NCBI GenBank assembly: GCA_048938445.1
Contig: JBHLME010000142.1
Location: 1-10,898, forward strand
Direction of reading: 5' to 3'
Source: Promethearchaeota archaeon
Lineage (GTDB): Archaea; Asgardarchaeota; Lokiarchaeia; Sigyniarchaeales; SOKP01
Length of the DNA stretch: 10,898 bases
Position numbers and translations under genes: made by a program. Under the pieces are notes generated by a model that saw nothing but the letters and a program-made list of their open reading frames with translations, ran no database searches and was not told the DNA's origin. Of this stretch, positions 6,318 to 10,898 are shown one piece after another (the stretch's first letter is position 1; each line of letters begins with the position of its first letter).

Positions 6318-6434
6318 GAGAAAAAATAAAGTCCAAATAATCTTTCTAAAAATTGGGAGAGATATAAATTTTTTTTATTGTTGGGTAAACATTCAGGGGG
6401 AATTGTTTTTAATATTTTTGACTTTATTTTCCTC
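6318..6434 (+). ncRNA. Second stem-loop domain (three-way junction), possibly part of the same RNA
   Basis: Perfect 11 bp helix 6323-6333/6420-6430, extended by GAG/CTC, enclosing hairpins 6340-6347/6356-6363 (2 GU) and 6387-6394/6400-6408 (one bulge). Confidence 0.4.
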
Positions 6435-6515
6435 ATTTAAACATTAAAATTCATTCATATTTAAACGTAACTTTAATTCAATTGGATCTTGGAGTTATAG
6501 AAAGATAATTGATTT

Positions 6516-6532
6516 TAAAATAAAAAAAAAAA
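6516..6532 (-). terminator. Oligo-T terminator after the Frag1/DRAM-like gene
   Basis: A11 run at 6522-6532 on + (T11 on -), 3 nt beyond the stop codon. Confidence 0.55.
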
Positions 6533-6535
6533 GAT

Positions 6536-7249
6536 TTATCTAAATTTCACTAAGAGAAAAATACCTGTTTCAATAAACCAAATTAACAACGCAATAACTG
6601 CAATCCACTCCCAAATCCGAAAATTGTAGGTAGTTGGACTTGTATCAGTGATCATAAATACAAAATCAAAATTACTTGATATAAGGAGCGGGATACCTTG
6701 TACGAGAAAGATTATAAACACTAATCCCGCACTCAAACCTATAAATGGTTGAAATTTTGGAATATCCTTGTTGAGTAGCATTATAAAACTAAAGTTTCCA
6801 ATCATTAAACCAACATTAATGAAAAATATGGTTGCAGATATCGCATGATACAATGGATAATCAGCCATATTAAAAACAGTAAGGAAAAAGCCTCCTAATA
6901 ATGCGAATAATCCATTAGTTAAAGGAAGAAGTAACCAATTTTTCTGTTTTTTATTTCCAGGTAGCATTTTTCTAATTAAATCTATTATAAGAGGAATCGA
7001 GCATAATAACGTTGAAAACATTCCCATCATGAAAATAATTTGAGAACCATTTCTTGCAGCTCCAATACTCGAAATCCAAATAGATCCAATGGTCACTGGT
7101 GCTTCAGTAAAATGATATAACATTGTTCCTACTGATAACATGTAAATTAATAATATTCCTCCTAATATCCCAAAATATCCCCCTTTATATTTTTTTAAAG
7201 GTTTATCTAATCTTTTTGTATTAATTAAATCTATCATTAGATCTAACAT
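6536..7249 (-). CDS. Six-TM membrane protein, Frag1/DRAM/Sfk1-like or DUF998-like
   Basis: Six hydrophobic helices with WISSIG after TM1, YHAISATIFF at TM4 and IWEW at TM6, matching the ISxxG / H-x3-A-x2-FF / EW signature. The start is likely ATG 7249 (AAGGTG upstream). The longer 7357 extension is low-complexity, promoter-like AT sequence. Confidence 0.75.
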   Translation of the reverse strand: MLDLMIDLINTKRLDKPLKKYKGGYFGILGGILLIYMLSVGTMLYHFTEAPVTIGSIWISSIGAARNGSQIIFMMGMFSTLLCSIPLIIDLIRKMLPGNKKQKNWLLLPLTNGLFALLGGFFLTVFNMADYPLYHAISATIFFINVGLMIGNFSFIMLLNKDIPKFQPFIGLSAGLVFIIFLVQGIPLLISSNFDFVFMITDTSPTTYNFRIWEWIAVIALLIWFIETGIFLLVKFR

Positions 7250-7481
7250 TTCTATAAATACACCTTGGTTTCTATTATTTAAAAAATATATTGATAAATA
7301 GTACTTATTTTGATTTATTTGAATATAAATGTTTAATATTAACTGCTGAATTATCATTCAATGTTTTGAGAAAGAAAAAAATCAAATCATTATTATAAAT
7401 ATTAAATAATTCATTTAATATGCAATTAAGGCATATATTACTTCATATAATTATCAATGTTGAAAATGAATATTTAAAATA

Positions 7482-7898
7482 ATGATAGAGATTGAAAATG
7501 TTTATAATTTAGTTTGTATCATTTTGGGACTCTTAGTTATTGGAGAAGCAACAGCTTTATTAATTGGAATGAATCTTGCAGGAACGGGTGGTAAAGAATG
7601 GTTATCTATAAAAAATTATATCATTCTTATTTTTGATATAATGACTGGTTTATTAATAATTCCATTAATTATGAATATTTTTGATAAAAACTCAACAATA
7701 TTCCTCGTAATTCTTTTAATTTCTATATTTATTTTACATCTTTACAGAGATATAGAGTATTTTATGCCTATTATAAATAAATTCTGTATCAATTTTCCAC
7801 TTTTTGTATTTAATAACATTAAACTCATCTTATCGCTATTTTGTATTGGTATTAACATTTATATTCTTATAACCGTTGCCAAAATCAATCTTTATTAA
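7482..7898 (+). CDS. Four-TM hypothetical membrane protein, 138 aa
   Basis: Four hydrophobic stretches carrying polar residues (GEA, FD, HLYRDIEY, CINFPLFVFNNIK). Confidence 0.75.
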   Translation: MIEIENVYNLVCIILGLLVIGEATALLIGMNLAGTGGKEWLSIKNYIILIFDIMTGLLIIPLIMNIFDKNSTIFLVILLISIFILHLYRDIEYFMPIINKFCINFPLFVFNNIKLILSLFCIGINIYILITVAKINLY

Positions 7899-7951
7899 AC
7901 TTGCTGATATAATGTATTTGATCGAGAAATAAATATTAGATTAATCCCTAA

Positions 7952-8233
7952 TTATTGATATTTTAACACAGGGAGCATTGAAATTTGCAATTTATATTTA
8001 GGAATATTAGTACTCAAACGTTTTAATTGATTTCTCTTGGCTAAATTACTTAATGCTCTTCCAATTCTGTCAATTTTAACATTTACACCATAGTTATCTT
8101 TTAAAACAGAATTAATTTTATATGAGGATAAAATAACTACGTCAGAAAGATTTTTTTCACATAAAAGTTCAATAGCTGTCTTCATTAATTTAATTAATTT
8201 TTCCTTTTCAATTGGTTCTGTGTTACTACTCAT
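7952..8233 (-). CDS. Small basic winged-helix-like protein, 93 aa
   Basis: Helix, short strand (VILS), helix (SYKINSVLK), recognition-type helix (IDRIGRALSNLAKRNQL) and beta hairpin (KRL..PKYKLQ). TTTATATA lies about 25-34 nt upstream. Confidence 0.7.
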   Translation of the reverse strand: MSSNTEPIEKEKLIKLMKTAIELLCEKNLSDVVILSSYKINSVLKDNYGVNVKIDRIGRALSNLAKRNQLKRLSTNIPKYKLQISMLPVLKYQ

Positions 8234-8293
8234 TACACAATTTTAAAATGATTATTATATATATAAATCTTTTATTTTATGTAATTAATATTA

Positions 8294-8327
8294 ATTTATA
8301 TCATTTTTTATCATTCATGATATAAAT
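8294..8327. promoter_or_regulatory. Perfect 11-bp inverted repeat ATTTATATCAT-N12-ATGATATAAAT overlapping the TATA box of the 839-aa gene
   Basis: Arms at 8294-8304 and 8317-8327. TATAAATA at 8321-8328 is 23-30 nt before ATG 8351. Confidence 0.5.
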
Positions 8328-8350
8328 AAGAATATAGAATTCGATTTGAA

Positions 8351-10870
8351 ATGTCTGAAAATGCTTCCAATTCAAAAAAATCGCGTAGTCAAAAAACCTC
8401 AGAAGAAGATGTTAGTCTAAAGGAAATAACCATTCCTGAATATAGACAAACGAGGGTTGATACTCTCAAGACCAAGATGAGTAGTAGAATTTCAAATCAG
8501 AAAAGAGTTTTGAGATTATACAGATCAAAAATAAATCAAAAAGTTAAATCGACATTAAATAAAATTAAGGATGTAATTTTTCCAAGGGATGTAGTATATA
8601 AAGATCAAGAACCTCCTAAATCTTTTGCTTTTAAGAAAGAATTTATTGGAATTTATGCATTTTTCATAATATATTCTTTAATATTGATATTTTATATTAA
8701 TATCCCTGATGAAACCTTTATCAGTATTTTTACCCTTGGGCGTCCTTATGAGTTTGGAACAACAATTCTTGCGTTTTTTCTTTTTTTGACATTTCTCCTT
8801 AGTATTAATAAAATCCGCTATTGGATCTTTGATAATGATAAATTGATTATTACCTACTTGAAACAAATAATAATATTTCCAATAGTATTTGTTATTTTGT
8901 TCATAATACTATCAACTTACATCCTTCCAGTATATAATATTACATCAATAATCCTCTTTTTATCAATGTTATGGCTTTTTCTTCTAAGTAGTAGATTTTA
9001 TTCGTATTCTCGTAGATTTTCAACTAATATTGAAGCTAAATTTATCACAAAATATTCAAAGTCTCGTTCTCTTGTTGCTTCATTAGGACCTATCTTTATA
9101 ATGGGATCTCTTGTCATGATTTCTTTATTTTATAGGACTTTTTTAGTTGTACTTGCTTTAGATATATTTAGTGTAACTGATCCTTTTGTTGCAATACAAG
9201 TATATTTCATTGAAATGCGGTTGATAATGCCTTTAATATATTTAAGTTTGATATTAACCTTCTTATTTATTATTTTTGAATTTATTTTTACTAGAAGAGT
9301 GGCGGAAACAAAAAGAGCAGGCAAATTCGATAATTTTACATTCTCCATGATTGTCTTTTTTATATTTTTTTTCCAATTAATGCAAGTGTCTCTATTTCTC
9401 TTTACACGTCCAGAAACTGTAGAAATCTTGAAGAAAGCATTTGGAACAACAACAGGAAGCACCATTTCTGCTTTTTTTTTGGTTGAATTCGTTATCACAA
9501 TGATCTTTCTTTTTAGAATATTGGTTAAAACCGGTAGAACTTTTGGATGGCGATTGTTATGGTTTAAAAAAGATGGTGTAGTCTTGTTAATTTTAACATG
9601 TGTATTTGCTCAAACTATTACTCAATATGCACGTTTATCACCAATAGAAAACTTTGATGTCAGGTTATTAGGATTGATAATAGATTTCAGCAAGTTTTTA
9701 ATCTCTATATTAATGATTATATTTTTGGGTTTTACTTTGGTTGTTTATTATCTTAAACCTCACGAGACTTCCGTGTTCATGAGAATGATGAAAGAGACGG
9801 TAAAAGAAGAAGAAAAAGAATCCGAACAAATTTATGGAATAATTAGAAACGAATATATTCGGAGAGGAGATGCCTTTAGCTTAGAGTCTATTGAAAGAGA
9901 AATGATAAAATCTACTAGATTACCAAAAGAAACTATTTATGAAATTATAGATCATTTAGGCGATAAACATTTTAATATTCATATCACCAAAAAAACTGAT
10001 GATACTGGGAAAATTGTCTCCCGAATTATTGATTTCGTTTCTATAACTGAAGTTTTTGAAAGAAAGGATCTAGCAAAAAAGAAGGCAAAAAAATACCTTT
10101 CAGAAAGATTATTTGATACCATGATAACAGAAAAGAAGCATATTAAATTAAGTGATGAAATTGATACTGAAAAAGCATCTGATTTATTCATATCATCTCT
10201 TTCTGCAGACTATAGCAAAAAAGTTAAGGAGAAAAAACAAGTTTCAATAAAGAAGAATAAAGCCCAACGGTTTCTCACGGCAAAACGCGATATATCAGAG
10301 GATATTAAACAAGAGATCATGGAAATTTTAAAAAAAGAATATCTATATCGTATTGAAAATAAAAAATTATTTCAAGACATTCATTATTCAATATCCGAGA
10401 TATCACCGGAAATACAGAAGAAGACAAAAATTACTATTGGGGAAATATATCCTCTTATAGAAGAATTATCAAAATTAGATAATGAAATTCGATTGATTGC
10501 AAATCCAGAGGATCAAAATGATAAGAAAATACAATTCTTTCCAATTTCCGATGATGCGATGTGTTTTGCTCTTACTAATTTTAGACCAGATGAGTATAAA
10601 GAAATCAGAGAGGAGATAAGGCAGAAATATATTCAAGATATAAAAGCAAGAAGAACATTAGCAATGCTAAAGAGCTTCAAAGAAGGAATCACAGAATCAA
10701 CTGACCAACAAAAGAATTGGCTTCAAATTTTAGATTATTTAATAAAAAATTATAATACATATAAAAATAATTATGTTAGTCTCCCAAGTAAATCAAAGCT
10801 TAATGATTTAATTTCAACTTTTCCACTAAATAAAAAAATAGATGTTTTTAATTTAGAAATAAAAAAATAA
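8351..10870 (+). CDS. Large polytopic membrane protein (~10 TM) with basic N-terminus and a C-terminal soluble region holding two winged-helix-like repeats, 839 aa
   Basis: About ten hydrophobic helices over aa ~98-468, then an internal repeat at aa ~492-565 and ~654-732. Confidence 0.85.
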   Translation: MSENASNSKKSRSQKTSEEDVSLKEITIPEYRQTRVDTLKTKMSSRISNQKRVLRLYRSKINQKVKSTLNKIKDVIFPRDVVYKDQEPPKSFAFKKEFIGIYAFFIIYSLILIFYINIPDETFISIFTLGRPYEFGTTILAFFLFLTFLLSINKIRYWIFDNDKLIITYLKQIIIFPIVFVILFIILSTYILPVYNITSIILFLSMLWLFLLSSRFYSYSRRFSTNIEAKFITKYSKSRSLVASLGPIFIMGSLVMISLFYRTFLVVLALDIFSVTDPFVAIQVYFIEMRLIMPLIYLSLILTFLFIIFEFIFTRRVAETKRAGKFDNFTFSMIVFFIFFFQLMQVSLFLFTRPETVEILKKAFGTTTGSTISAFFLVEFVITMIFLFRILVKTGRTFGWRLLWFKKDGVVLLILTCVFAQTITQYARLSPIENFDVRLLGLIIDFSKFLISILMIIFLGFTLVVYYLKPHETSVFMRMMKETVKEEEKESEQIYGIIRNEYIRRGDAFSLESIEREMIKSTRLPKETIYEIIDHLGDKHFNIHITKKTDDTGKIVSRIIDFVSITEVFERKDLAKKKAKKYLSERLFDTMITEKKHIKLSDEIDTEKASDLFISSLSADYSKKVKEKKQVSIKKNKAQRFLTAKRDISEDIKQEIMEILKKEYLYRIENKKLFQDIHYSISEISPEIQKKTKITIGEIYPLIEELSKLDNEIRLIANPEDQNDKKIQFFPISDDAMCFALTNFRPDEYKEIREEIRQKYIQDIKARRTLAMLKSFKEGITESTDQQKNWLQILDYLIKNYNTYKNNYVSLPSKSKLNDLISTFPLNKKIDVFNLEIKK

Positions 10871-10898
10871 TAAATTTTTATTCAATTACTTCCATTGG

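Noticed and set aside
6128-6434. 5S rRNA, SRP RNA, RNase P RNA, tRNA, hammerhead, SAM or fluoride riboswitch, integron attC
   Set aside because: Sizes are suggestive but diagnostic motifs are missing. There is no SRP helix-8 motif, no GAGGAAAGTCC, no T-loop GTTCRA, CTGATGG occurs without the hammerhead core, CTTATC/GATAAG occurs without the SAM-I core, and there are no RYYYAAC/GTTRRRY ends.
7250-7357. 36-aa N-terminal extension of the Frag1/DRAM-like ORF
   Set aside because: I/N/Q/Y-rich translation of AT-rich divergent promoter DNA. An SD-like AAGGTG precedes ATG 7249.
8283-8296. Perfect palindrome AATTAATATTAATT
   Set aside because: A/T only in an extremely AT-rich spacer, so plausibly chance.
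8678-10191. Minus-strand ORFs 8678..8866, 9130..9498 and 9979..10191
   Set aside because: Antisense shadows of the 839-aa gene.

Overview
Very AT-rich prokaryotic window with archaeal signals (TATA-type boxes about 25-30 nt before starts, GGAGGTGA-type Shine-Dalgarno, oligo-T terminators). Gene content (Rab-like GTPase fold, Frag1/DRAM-like membrane protein, VAO/PCMH-type flavoprotein with CCG-domain Fe-S partner) points to an Asgard archaeon, probably Lokiarchaeia; this is inference. In order: end of a membrane protein gene, CPxCG zinc-ribbon microprotein, degenerate GGCT-like protein, a two-gene redox operon (FAD oxidoreductase plus a double HdrD/GlcF-like Fe-S protein that looks like a recent stop-loss fusion), a hypothetical protein, a Rab-like pseudo-GTPase, a ~650 bp non-coding gap, two membrane proteins, a small winged-helix protein and a divergent ~10-TM protein with two tandem winged-helix-like repeats. 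The most striking signal is in the gap at 5880-6535. It holds a densely structured, probably pseudoknotted + strand RNA candidate (~6128-6434) with its own TATA box. One segment of it is complementary to the ribosome-binding region of the neighbouring pseudo-Rab mRNA and can be sequestered by two internal target-mimic copies. No rRNA, tRNA, CRISPR array or transposase was recognised. All family calls come from reading motifs by eye, not from database searches.
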